Positions 10,316 to 19,630 of a stretch of 64,000 bases of DNA are shown here, piece by piece. The position numbers were made by a program, and so were the translations under genes. Source of the stretch: an uncultured Acidobacteriota bacterium (GTDB lineage Bacteria > Acidobacteriota > UBA6911 > RPQK01 > JAPXNP01). How positions within the stretch are numbered: position 1 is the stretch's first letter; each line of letters opens with the position of its first letter. The stretch spans positions 672,001 to 736,000 of the forward strand of contig CAVZRV010000007.1 of assembly GCA_963777605.1 (NCBI GenBank), written 5' to 3'. Below the pieces are notes generated by a model that made no database searches, was not told where the DNA came from, and was given only the letters and a program-made list of their open reading frames with translations.

Positions 10316-11965
10316 CTACTCCACCGGCTCTTTGACCTGAACGACCCTATTTACATCAACGTCGGTCAGGACCTGGACAATGCCGCTCGGCCAGTGGAGT
10401 TCGACGCGGTCGAGCTTGGTTCGTTTGCCGAGTCCGAAGTGGACTCCGGAGTAGCTGGACGAAGCGTACCCAACCGAAGTCGTCATTGAGTTCGACTGGT
10501 CCGCCAGCAGGATTCTTGTCCCGATCCCGTCCCGGTTGCTTTTGGTGCCTTCGAGCTTGAAGATCACCCAGTTGTTGTCTTCCGGGCTGACGTTCTCCCA
10601 CAACTCGGTCTCATCCTGGATTGCGGTCACCACGATGTCGATCTTGCCGTCGTTGTTGAAGTCTCCGCAGGCACTTCCCCGGTGAGCCCTGGGGACCTGG
10701 AAGTCGGGACCGACCTGTTCTGATACGTCGGTAAAGGTCCCGTTCTTCATGTTGGCCAGGATCGTATTGGCCTGCCTGTAATCAGTCGATTCCCAAAGTT
10801 CGATCCGATTGTTGGCATGAGCGTTGGCGCTGAAGAAGTCCTTCCAGCCGTCGTTGTTGAAATCGAACATACCCAGGCTCCACGCACTGCGCTTGATCGT
10901 GGCCTGGGCCACTCCGGTCGGGTATGTTCGATCCTCGAACAAGCCTCCTCCCTCGTTGTGGAAGAGAGGAAAAGTCTCCCAGTCAAGCGCTGTCACCCAG
11001 AGATCGGGAAGCTTGTCGTTGTCATAGTCCCGGAATGCCGCTCCCATGCTCGAGACCGGTCGCCCATGCTCCCTCAGAGCCACCCCGCTCAGAAGCGCAA
11101 CTTCATCGAAGGTACCGTCGCCGTTGTTCTGGAAAAGGAAATTGGGCAGTTTGTCGTTGGTGACGAAAGCGTCGATGTGACCGTCTTCGTTGAAGTCCCC
11201 GAAAGCGACGCTCATTCCGCGACTCACAAATTGTCCGATACCCGATTTCTCGGTCACATTCTCAAAGGTCCCATCTCCCCGGTTGTGGTAGAGGGTGTTA
11301 GGCAGTCCTTCGAAATACTTGGGATGACAATAAACGCGGATTTTCCCCGTGGGATCTCCGCAGAAGCGCTTCCAGTTCAGGGTCCACTCCACGTAATTGA
11401 CCACGAAGAGATCGAGCAGCCCGTCGGCGTCGTAGTCGAACCAACCGGCCGCGACCGACCAGAGGTCGCTGGTGATTCCCGCCTCTGTCGTCACCTCTTT
11501 GAAGGTTCCGTCTCCAAGGTTGTGGAAGAGAATGTTGCGATAGACACCGGCAACGAAAATGTCTATGTTCCCATCGTTGTCGTAATCCGCTACCGCTACC
11601 CCCATCGAGTATCCGTCACCGATCACCCCGGCCTGCTCGGTAACATCCGTGAATTTCATGTTCCCGTCGTTGCGATAGAGACGGTTGTAAAACCGGGGAT
11701 CTTCCTTCTTCATCGAAGGCGTAACCGCACCGTTGGTGAAGTAAATATCCAGGAGCCCGTCGTTGTTGAAGTCGAGGGTTGCGACCCCGCCAGGCATGGT
11801 TTCGATCATGTGCCGTTCTTCGGACATCGCGTTGTCCAGAAGGAACTTGATACCGGCACTCGAGGCCACGTTTCGGAACTGTATCGGGTCAACGGGAACC
11901 TTGTCGTTGGCAGACAAAGCAACCCCGCCAGTCAGCAAAAATACCAGCAACAAACGAGATTTCAT
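10316..11965 (-). CDS. CRTAC1 family protein (FG-GAP/VCBS repeats plus C-terminal ASPIC/UnbV domain)
   Basis: Signal peptide; repeated DFNNDGLLD / DYDNDG motifs; C-terminal SNRDGIG...VHFGLG...WPSG. Confidence 0.92.
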   Translation of the reverse strand: MKSRLLLVFLLTGGVALSANDKVPVDPIQFRNVASSAGIKFLLDNAMSEERHMIETMPGGVATLDFNNDGLLDIYFTNGAVTPSMKKEDPRFYNRLYRNDGNMKFTDVTEQAGVIGDGYSMGVAVADYDNDGNIDIFVAGVYRNILFHNLGDGTFKEVTTEAGITSDLWSVAAGWFDYDADGLLDLFVVNYVEWTLNWKRFCGDPTGKIRVYCHPKYFEGLPNTLYHNRGDGTFENVTEKSGIGQFVSRGMSVAFGDFNEDGHIDAFVTNDKLPNFLFQNNGDGTFDEVALLSGVALREHGRPVSSMGAAFRDYDNDKLPDLWVTALDWETFPLFHNEGGGLFEDRTYPTGVAQATIKRSAWSLGMFDFNNDGWKDFFSANAHANNRIELWESTDYRQANTILANMKNGTFTDVSEQVGPDFQVPRAHRGSACGDFNNDGKIDIVVTAIQDETELWENVSPEDNNWVIFKLEGTKSNRDGIGTRILLADQSNSMTTSVGYASSSYSGVHFGLGKRTKLDRVELHWPSGIVQVLTDVDVNRVVQVKEPVE

Positions 11966-12045
11966 CGGGAAAAAACTCCAGCACGTTCAGCCTCAAAGCA
12001 GTATAGCACCCGTGCTGGAGGTTCCGGGGTTCCGGGTCGGGAGGG

Positions 12046-12108
12046 TTACGGGTTCCGGGTTCAAAGTTCCACGTTCAGAGTCTCCGGCCTCCTGTCTTCT
12101 CCTTCCTT
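12046..12108. repeat. Degenerate 7-nt periodic repeat
   Basis: TTACGGG TTCCGGG TTCAAAG TTCCACG TTCAGAG TCTCCGG CCTCCTG TCTTCTC CTTCCTT. Confidence 0.55.
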
Positions 12109-12183
12109 CTTGTCAACCGCTGCGTTTTCGCGGCGGCATCTCAGTCCCGCTTCCTGCTCGAAACCCGGACCCAAACGCCCCAC

Positions 12184-12735
12184 TCAACTCCCCTCAGCTG
12201 GTTTGGTCGCGGTTTCGGGAGGATGGTTTCGGCGGACCTCCTCCGTGCCATTCTTCAGGAACAGGCTCACGGTCTCGGCATGCTGTTGGATCAGCTTGAC
12301 CACTTCCGGATTGGCTGAAGTCTCAGTGACCCGGAGTCCCTTCTCGCTAGGCTCAATCTTGAGTTGGATCTCCTTGGCATGGTCAAAGATGGCGGCGAAC
12401 AGGGGATCCCGGCGATGAACGCCTCTGCCGTCCAGAAGGCGCTCGTGCATCGACTCGACATGCTCTCTCAACTTGCCCACCAGCGCCGGGTCGTTCGACT
12501 CGGTGACCGATTCAATCCCGTTGTCGAGCCTGCGGACTTCCCGCGTGATCTGATCCCGGTGGTCGAGCAGAAAGTGAAACAGCTCGCGATCCGTCTCGAT
12601 TCCCTCCTGCCCGTGCCTTCCCCCACCCCCCTGAGAGCCGTGGCGGTTTCGATGTCGCTGGCCCTGCCCGTAGAGACCGGTTCCGACCAGAAGTATCAGC
12701 GCAAGCGAAATCCAGAATACTCTTCGGTATCTCAT
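12184..12735 (-). CDS. Exported hypothetical protein with His/Gly-rich linker and internal duplication
   Basis: ATG 12735 (MRYRRVFW...) begins a signal peptide; two homologous segments end in ...KLREHV and ...LIQQHA. Confidence 0.75.
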   Translation of the reverse strand: MRYRRVFWISLALILLVGTGLYGQGQRHRNRHGSQGGGGRHGQEGIETDRELFHFLLDHRDQITREVRRLDNGIESVTESNDPALVGKLREHVESMHERLLDGRGVHRRDPLFAAIFDHAKEIQLKIEPSEKGLRVTETSANPEVVKLIQQHAETVSLFLKNGTEEVRRNHPPETATKPAEGS

Positions 12736-12745
12736 GTCTGTTTCC

Positions 12746-13756
12746 TCAACTCTCCGCTTCGTCGTCAATCCGCGAAAGGAGTCGCCGTCTGAGTTCCGGT
12801 AGCCTCCTCAATGCGGCCTGGGCACGCAGTTCCTCACGGTGATCGCGGGCCGGCGTCCCCGAGATCACCGAGTTTGAGGGAACGTCCTTGAACACTGCCG
12901 CCCGGGCCAGGATCTTCACGTTGTCCCCGACCCGGATGTGGTCGGCTATGCCGACCTGGCCCGCCAGAATGCAGTTGCGGCCGATCTCGACCGAGCCGGA
13001 GATGCCACAGCACCCGACAATCACCGTATTCGCACCGATCCGGCAGTTGTGGGCTATGTGGACCAGGTTGTCGATCTTGACGTGGTCCTCCACGACTGTC
13101 GCCCCGAAGGTGGCTCGATCGATCGCGCAGTTAGCGCCAATTTCCACGTCATTCCCGATTTCCACCCCGCCGGTCTGGGGAATCTTCAACTGGCGATCGT
13201 GATCGAACACATAGCCAAACCCGTCGGATCCCAATACCGTTCCCGAGTGAATGATGACCCGTAATCCCAGCTTCACTTCCGGGTAGAGAACCACGTTCGG
13301 ATGGAGGGTGCACCCATTCCCAATGACACAACCCTCTCCAATCGACACGCCGGAATGCAGGGTCACTTCACTTCCGATCGACACGCCGTCTGCAACTCTC
13401 ACAAACGGCTCGATAGATACGGCTTCGGCGATCTCACAGTCGCGGCCGATCGAGGCCAGTTCCGAGATGCCTGTTGCCTTGAAGGGTTCCGTTGTGAACA
13501 GGGCCAGGATCCTCGCAAATGCAACCTTGGGGTGGGGAGCGACCAATAGCGATTTTGACGACCCATAGTCTCCGGGGGGCACAATGATCGCCGAGGCGGC
13601 ACTGCTCTCGATTTGTTCGAGGAGGTGCGCGCTCGCCGCGAAGGTAATGGCCCCCTCGCTGGCAGACTCAAAGGGCGCCACTCCGTCGATCCGGACATCA
13701 CCGTCCCCCACAACCTCTCCGCCGACATGGGCGGCCAGTTCCTTCAATCTGTACAC
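12746..13756 (-). CDS. lpxD: UDP-3-O-(3-hydroxymyristoyl)glucosamine N-acyltransferase
   Basis: Hexapeptide repeats; GSDGFGY, KIPQTG, IDRATFG, KIDNLVHIAHN, GQVGIADH motifs. Confidence 0.96.
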   Translation of the reverse strand: MYRLKELAAHVGGEVVGDGDVRIDGVAPFESASEGAITFAASAHLLEQIESSAASAIIVPPGDYGSSKSLLVAPHPKVAFARILALFTTEPFKATGISELASIGRDCEIAEAVSIEPFVRVADGVSIGSEVTLHSGVSIGEGCVIGNGCTLHPNVVLYPEVKLGLRVIIHSGTVLGSDGFGYVFDHDRQLKIPQTGGVEIGNDVEIGANCAIDRATFGATVVEDHVKIDNLVHIAHNCRIGANTVIVGCCGISGSVEIGRNCILAGQVGIADHIRVGDNVKILARAAVFKDVPSNSVISGTPARDHREELRAQAALRRLPELRRRLLSRIDDEAES

Positions 13757-13860
13757 GAAGAGGATTTAACAACGCCGCTCTCAGGCGGTCAAGGCGCGTG
13801 CCCGGCACCGCGGGAAAAGGCCGGGAGACGACCCTTGTCGCGGGGAGGTTCATCCCCGCT

Positions 13861-15177
13861 TTAGCGATAGAAGGGCTGCACCCTGGATTTGGAGACACGG
13901 AACTTGCCGTTTGGATCGGTGGGCAGTTGTTCGTGCAGTTCCACGCGTCCCAGAAGTTGCCCCTCGGAAAACTCCGCCAGCAGTCGCTCTGCCGCAGACC
14001 GTTCCTCCGACGTCGGCGCGCGCAGCGGTACGATTCCCAGGACGAGGTCCTCGGTGTTGGGCTGGACCAATTGGAACTGGCGAATCCAGATACCCTGGGC
14101 GGCCAGTCTCGAAAACAGCCAATCCGGGTTTCTCAAGGTGCCGTCTTTCAGCACTATCCAATCCTGGAGCCTCCCTACGACTCGCCGAAGTGTCGAATAG
14201 GGGGCCCCGCAAGGACACGGGGTCGGGCCCAGTTCAACGCGGTCATCGAGGCGGTATCTGATGAAAGGCTGCGCGAACGACAGCAAGCCGGTCACCAGAA
14301 CATCGCCGATTTCGCCGGGCTGCACCGGCCGATTGCCGTCCACCACTTCAACGACCACTGAGTCGTCAGCCACGTGAAGCCACTCCGAAACCGGGCACTG
14401 CGACGCGATCAGATTGAATTCATGACTCGCGTAGATCTCCTTGACGGGGGCACCAAACCCTTCTTCGATTTGAGCTTTCATCAATTCCGTCATGGTCGAG
14501 CCGCCGGCCACGAGAAAGCGGAGGGGAAGTTGTCCAGCGAATCGCTTCCCGGCCGACAGTGCCAGCGTGGCAAGCACCGCCGGATACCCCGTAATGACAT
14601 GGGGCCTCAATGCCTCGAGTTCCTCGAGTACCCGGTCCACGGGTGCCAGTGAATCGATCTGGGCCAGTTTGAGTAGCCCGGCGCGTTTGAGAAGGCCGAC
14701 AAAGGCTGGGGGCCGGGTGTCGGCATTTTGGATTTTGATTCGCGCAAGGGCTTCCCAGGGACGCCAGCCCCAGCCAAAGAGTGGTCTCATCCGGCGGATG
14801 GCGAGCACTCGGTCCTCGGTCCAGGTCGTCAGAACGGAGAATGGCTCTCCCGAGGATCCCGAGGTTCGCCGACAGATCAAACACTCGACATTCACGCCTT
14901 CGGCAACGATTTCCGACCGCAGGAGTTCCAGCAATTGACGCTTCGAGGTTGGCGGGAGCCGGCGCAGGTCTTCCACGCTCTGAATCTGGGCACTAGTGAT
15001 GCCCGCTTCCGCGAACAGCCGCCGATAATAAGGAACCCGCCGGGCGGATGATTCCACAACTCGTCGGAGCCTCTTGGCCTGTTCCCGAACGAGCCCCTCT
15101 CGCTCTTCAGGGATACCTCCCAAAAGGACAGGAAACTGGTTTGCCGCGGCCCTTACCTTCATCTGTGCACTCGCCAT
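13861..15177 (-). CDS. Phenylacetate-CoA ligase-like / CapK family adenylate-forming enzyme
   Basis: VPYYRRLF, TSGSSGEP, YASHEF, PFIRYRLDD, CPCG, GKFR motifs. Confidence 0.85.
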   Translation of the reverse strand: MASAQMKVRAAANQFPVLLGGIPEEREGLVREQAKRLRRVVESSARRVPYYRRLFAEAGITSAQIQSVEDLRRLPPTSKRQLLELLRSEIVAEGVNVECLICRRTSGSSGEPFSVLTTWTEDRVLAIRRMRPLFGWGWRPWEALARIKIQNADTRPPAFVGLLKRAGLLKLAQIDSLAPVDRVLEELEALRPHVITGYPAVLATLALSAGKRFAGQLPLRFLVAGGSTMTELMKAQIEEGFGAPVKEIYASHEFNLIASQCPVSEWLHVADDSVVVEVVDGNRPVQPGEIGDVLVTGLLSFAQPFIRYRLDDRVELGPTPCPCGAPYSTLRRVVGRLQDWIVLKDGTLRNPDWLFSRLAAQGIWIRQFQLVQPNTEDLVLGIVPLRAPTSEERSAAERLLAEFSEGQLLGRVELHEQLPTDPNGKFRVSKSRVQPFYR

Positions 15178-15333
15178 CCCACGAAGCTACCAGTTTACAG
15201 AGACTCATTTTCTGAATCTCCCCTTGGACGATTTCACGCTGAACACAGAACCCTGCACGGCAGGAAGCGCCCCGCACACTCGGGCATTTCTTCTTTAGGA
15301 CATCTGCGCCACAATAGACACCAGGAGAAGCAG

Positions 15334-16590
15334 ATGGAACATCGCGCCACAAGCGAGCGCATCTACCGGATCATTCTTTCGATTTTTTTGGTGGCGACCC
15401 TGGCGGCATGGAGTTCATCGTGCCGGACCGTTCACGCTCCGGCGACGCCGGCCGAAAGCACATTCGGATACGACCTGTCCTTTCTGAAGGATCACGTCGA
15501 GGCGATCGTACTTCGGGATGGCCCTTCACAACTGGCTGTCGTGCCAGCCTGGCAAGGGAGGGTGGTCACGAGCACCAACGGAGGAGAAAGCGGGACGAGC
15601 TTTGGATGGGTCAACTACGACCTGATCCGGTCCGGAGAGCTGAAGCCGCACATCAATGCGTTCGGGGGCGAAGATCGCATCTGGCTGGGCCCCGAAGGGG
15701 GACAATTCTCCATCTTCTTCAAGGCAGGTGACCCGTTCGACCTCGAGCACTGGCAGACTCCCGCCTTCCTGGACTCGGAACCGTTTGAGACTGTCAGCAC
15801 GTCCGACCGCGAAGTCGCGTTCACCCGACACGTTGAAATCTCGAATTATTCCGGAGCAGTGTTTGCCCTGCAGATCAACCGCAAGATCCGCCTGCTCCCG
15901 GCTTCCCAGGTCTCAACTGATCTGAAACTGGACCTGGACGGCCTCGACGTGGTGGCCTTCGAATCTGAAAATCACCTCATCAACGAAGGAGATCGCCCCT
16001 GGGAAAAAGAGACCGGAGTGCTTTCGATCTGGATTCTGGGCATGTACGTTCCCTCTCCCCGCACCACCGTGATCATTCCCTACCGCTCCGATCCGAACGG
16101 CACGGCAGATGAGAAGATTGTCAATGACAGCTATTTCGGGACCGTTCCCCCGGATCGTCTGAAGATTACCGACCGGACCATTTTCTTCAAGGCGGATGGA
16201 GAATACCGAAGCAAGATCGGGCTCTCGCCCAAACATGCCACTTCGCTGCTCGGCAGCTGGGACGGTGAACGGGACGTGTTGACCCTGGTCTCGTACAATG
16301 TGGCGCCTTCTGAATCGGAGTTCGTCAACTCGATGTGGGAGATTCAGACTGAGCCTTATTCCGGCGACGTGATCAATAGCTACAACGATGGTCCGCCAGC
16401 ACCTGGAGTTGCCCCGATGGGCCCATTTTACGAACTGGAGACCTCTTCTCCGGCGGCCCCCCTTGAGCCCGGCACTTCCATCACCCACATCCACCGAACG
16501 ATTCACCTCACCGGCGACCGGAAGAGGCTCGATGCAGTATGCCGGCAGGCCCTCGGAGTGGGAATCGACGACATACCATTTCGCGAATGA
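15334..16590 (+). CDS. Putative lipoprotein, DUF6786-like
   Basis: Lipobox-like AWSSSC; QGRVVTS, FGWVNY, FGGEDRIWLGPEGGQFS, NSYNDG, FYELETSSPAA motifs recalled for this family. Confidence 0.7.
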   Translation: MEHRATSERIYRIILSIFLVATLAAWSSSCRTVHAPATPAESTFGYDLSFLKDHVEAIVLRDGPSQLAVVPAWQGRVVTSTNGGESGTSFGWVNYDLIRSGELKPHINAFGGEDRIWLGPEGGQFSIFFKAGDPFDLEHWQTPAFLDSEPFETVSTSDREVAFTRHVEISNYSGAVFALQINRKIRLLPASQVSTDLKLDLDGLDVVAFESENHLINEGDRPWEKETGVLSIWILGMYVPSPRTTVIIPYRSDPNGTADEKIVNDSYFGTVPPDRLKITDRTIFFKADGEYRSKIGLSPKHATSLLGSWDGERDVLTLVSYNVAPSESEFVNSMWEIQTEPYSGDVINSYNDGPPAPGVAPMGPFYELETSSPAAPLEPGTSITHIHRTIHLTGDRKRLDAVCRQALGVGIDDIPFRE

Positions 16591-16637
16591 TTGCCTTGTT
16601 TCCTTGAAGGCTGACCCGTACCATCAATTCGGGGAGC

Positions 16638-17315
16638 GTGGACGTGCCACATAGATTGCGGGTTGCACAGTCGGGTGGGGCTGAAACAAGGTCCGAGGCT
16701 CGGAATCCCGCAGACTTGCAGTGTCGGGAACCGGCAGACCCTTACCCTCCACTGAACGATCGGCCGGGAGGAGGCTTCCACCGGCGAGATTTCCTCCTGA
16801 TTGCCGCCGGCGGATCAATTTCAGGGCTGCTGCTCTTTTCCTGTGCGGGGCCCGGCTCCGCTTCGCCGTGGCGCTTTTTCAGTAGTGCGGAGGGCGCTCT
16901 CGTGGAAGGCCTCGCAGACCAGATCGTTCCTCCCGATCAGGATCCAGGAGGTCGCTGGGCCGGTGTTGCCCACTACATCGATCGTCAACTGGTCAGCTAC
17001 TACCGCCCGCTCCAGGAACGCTACCGTGCCGGACTGGCAGCAATCGAACGTTCCAGTAGGGAAATCACGGGCTCATTGTTCGTTGATCTTTCGAGGGACG
17101 ATCAGCAACAAATCCTGGAGGCCATCGAGCAGGATGACGTTCCTGATGGCATTTGGAAGGAAGAATCCGCCGCTTCGTTTTTCAGCCTGCTCCTCGACCA
17201 CTGCATGCAAGGGTATTACGGCACACCTCGGCACGGCGGTAACCGCGACTACGTCTCCTACCAGATGATCGGACTCGACTATCCCCAGATTCTGGGACGG
17301 GTTAAGAATGCCTGA
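16638..17315 (+). CDS. Gluconate 2-dehydrogenase subunit 3 (gamma) family protein, Tat-exported
   Basis: HRRDFLL twin-arginine motif; DQIVPPDQDPG, AGVAHYIDRQL, QGYYGTPRHGGNRD..S..MIG. Exact start uncertain. Confidence 0.85.
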   Translation: MDVPHRLRVAQSGGAETRSEARNPADLQCREPADPYPPLNDRPGGGFHRRDFLLIAAGGSISGLLLFSCAGPGSASPWRFFSSAEGALVEGLADQIVPPDQDPGGRWAGVAHYIDRQLVSYYRPLQERYRAGLAAIERSSREITGSLFVDLSRDDQQQILEAIEQDDVPDGIWKEESAASFFSLLLDHCMQGYYGTPRHGGNRDYVSYQMIGLDYPQILGRVKNA

Positions 17316-18447
17316 GGAACCCTCCGAGGTTGATCAATCTGCTGAAAGTTCCGGGAAATCCAGGAAGAGGCGCCGCTGGCCCTGGGTCCTTGGGCTCGGC
17401 GGGTTGCTATCAGTCGCACTGGCCGCCAACGCCGGCTATTACCTCGGCTCTGCCTATTCCGGGGAAATGTGTGGGCGGTGCCATGTCATCCAGTCCGCTG
17501 TCGATCAGTGGAGAGTGTCCTCGCATCGCGAAATCAGCTGCACCCGCTGCCACGGCAGCGCCCTGACGCTCAACCCTGGTGAAATCGAAACTCACTGGAG
17601 ACGGCTCTACCTTCAGCTGAGCGGCCGGATCCCGGAAAGGGTCAGACTGAAGGACGAGCACGTCGATACTGTCGTCGAGCGCTGCGCCGGGTGCCACCAG
17701 GCCGCCTACGCGGATTGGAAGGCAGGTGGACACTCCATGGCTTATGCCGACGTGTTTCTCAACCCGAAACAGAACACGGCAACCCGGTTAAACGACGACT
17801 GCCTTCGTTGCCATGCCATGTTCTACGAGGGCGGAAGCATATCGACGATCGTCTCCCCCATTTCCAACACAGGACCCTGGTCGATGGTTCAAAGCGGGAT
17901 GGGTTCGCGCCCTGCCATACCCTGCCTCGCCTGTCATCAAATGCACCGACGCGGAGAACCCTCCCGGTCTCCGGACTACGCCCATCCTGAACTGTTCTCC
18001 CGGCAAAGCAGGAGCGAAGTCTACTCGCTGGCGTTTTTCGACAGGAGTGAGCGCATCTATCGATCAAAAACGGAACTTGCCGCCCCGGCAATGAAGGAGG
18101 GCAATCGACTCGTGAAAGTGAGTCCCGACCCCCGACAGAATCTCTGCTACCAGTGCCATGCGCCACAGGCCGACTTCCAGGTGGCATCGGGCGATGACCG
18201 CACCCCGATCGGAGTGCACGAGGGGATCAGCTGCCAGGGCTGCCACCGGCCCCACTCGCAAGACGCGCGGGCGTCGTGCAAAACCTGCCATCCCCGGCTC
18301 TCCAATTGCGGCCTGGAGGTGGAAACGATGGATACGACCTTTCGGTCCCCGACGAGCCCGCACGACATTCACTTCGTCAAGTGTTCGGACTGTCACACGA
18401 AGGAAGTCCCCGCTCGTTTGCATTCTTCCGTATCCAGCGGACCATAA
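17308..18447 (+). CDS. Membrane-anchored multiheme cytochrome c (9 CxxCH)
   Basis: CGRCH, CTRCH, CAGCH, CLRCH, CLACH, CYQCH, CQGCH, CKTCH, CSDCH; N-terminal TM helix; start overlaps the upstream stop by 8 nt. Confidence 0.9.
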   Translation: MPEEPSEVDQSAESSGKSRKRRRWPWVLGLGGLLSVALAANAGYYLGSAYSGEMCGRCHVIQSAVDQWRVSSHREISCTRCHGSALTLNPGEIETHWRRLYLQLSGRIPERVRLKDEHVDTVVERCAGCHQAAYADWKAGGHSMAYADVFLNPKQNTATRLNDDCLRCHAMFYEGGSISTIVSPISNTGPWSMVQSGMGSRPAIPCLACHQMHRRGEPSRSPDYAHPELFSRQSRSEVYSLAFFDRSERIYRSKTELAAPAMKEGNRLVKVSPDPRQNLCYQCHAPQADFQVASGDDRTPIGVHEGISCQGCHRPHSQDARASCKTCHPRLSNCGLEVETMDTTFRSPTSPHDIHFVKCSDCHTKEVPARLHSSVSSGP

Positions 18448-18507
18448 CCGGCCTCTTTTCAATCCAAAACGACAAATCCACAAGAAATCAGGCTATTATT
18501 GACAACC

Positions 18508-19473
18508 ATGCAAAACCTTCGCGTCGCATCCATTCAAATGGAACACAAAGCCGGGGACAAAGAATCCAACTGGAAAAAGGTGGAGGTTTTCACCTCCATG
18601 GCGGCGGGCCTCGGGGTCCGAGTCCTCACTTTCCCCGAATGTTGCCTGACGGGATACTGGTTCCTCAGAAACCTGGATCGCGAGGCAATCGCCAGCCTTG
18701 CTGAGCCGATTGAAAACGGCCCCTCCGCGGAACGACTGCTCGCACTCTCGCGGGACTGCTCGATGATGATCGGTGTCGGGCTGGTTGAACGGGCTCCAGA
18801 CGGACGCCTTTACAATACCTATCTGGTCGCCTCCCCCGACGGGTCGATCCAGGCCCACCGAAAGCTCCACGCCTTCGTCAGCCCTCATATTGATTCGGGC
18901 GACTCGTTCACCGTCTTCGACAGCCCTTGGGGATGGCGAATGGCAGTTCTGATTTGCTACGACTGCAATATCGTCGAAAACGTCCGCATCTGTGCCTTGC
19001 GCGGAGCCGATCTTCTGCTGGCTCCCCATCAGACCGGTGGTTGCCGCTCAACCAACCCGCACACGATGGGGATCATTGAGCGCAGCCTGTGGGACAGACG
19101 GGGCGCCAACTCCGAGGCAATCGAGGAAGAACTGCGTGGGCCCAAGGGGCGCGGATGGCTGATGCGCTGGCTTCCTTCGAGAGCGCACGACAACGGGATG
19201 TTCGTGATCTTCAGTAACGGAGTCGGTGTTGACGACGATGAGATCCGCACGGGAAACGCCACGATTTTCGATCCCTACGGGAGGATTCTGGCGGAAACCT
19301 GGAAGGCGGAGGATCAGATGGTGGTCGCCGACCTGGACGCATCGCTTCTCGACCACTGCACCGGCAGGCGCTGGGTGGTCACCCGCCGGCCGGAGCTCTA
19401 TGCCGAGATCGCCGCTGCAACAGGCCAGGAGAGAGACACGCGCGAGGTGCGATTCGATTCCAAGGGAATCTGA
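18508..19473 (+). CDS. Carbon-nitrogen hydrolase (nitrilase) family protein
   Basis: Catalytic E-K-C triad contexts FPECC, HRKLH, LICYD. Confidence 0.9.
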   Translation: MQNLRVASIQMEHKAGDKESNWKKVEVFTSMAAGLGVRVLTFPECCLTGYWFLRNLDREAIASLAEPIENGPSAERLLALSRDCSMMIGVGLVERAPDGRLYNTYLVASPDGSIQAHRKLHAFVSPHIDSGDSFTVFDSPWGWRMAVLICYDCNIVENVRICALRGADLLLAPHQTGGCRSTNPHTMGIIERSLWDRRGANSEAIEEELRGPKGRGWLMRWLPSRAHDNGMFVIFSNGVGVDDDEIRTGNATIFDPYGRILAETWKAEDQMVVADLDASLLDHCTGRRWVVTRRPELYAEIAAATGQERDTREVRFDSKGI

Positions 19474-19630
19474 CACATCTACGATCTTCCGCTTTTGATT
19501 GTTGATTGCGAGTGGGGTTCCGAGGTTCCGGGATGTTCGCAGATTTTGGGGATTCGGACGTTCTTCCGACATTCAACGTCGCAGCGAGCGCATTCTGAGC
19601 TTGGAGCGCCCCGAATTCAGCCCGCCGGAC

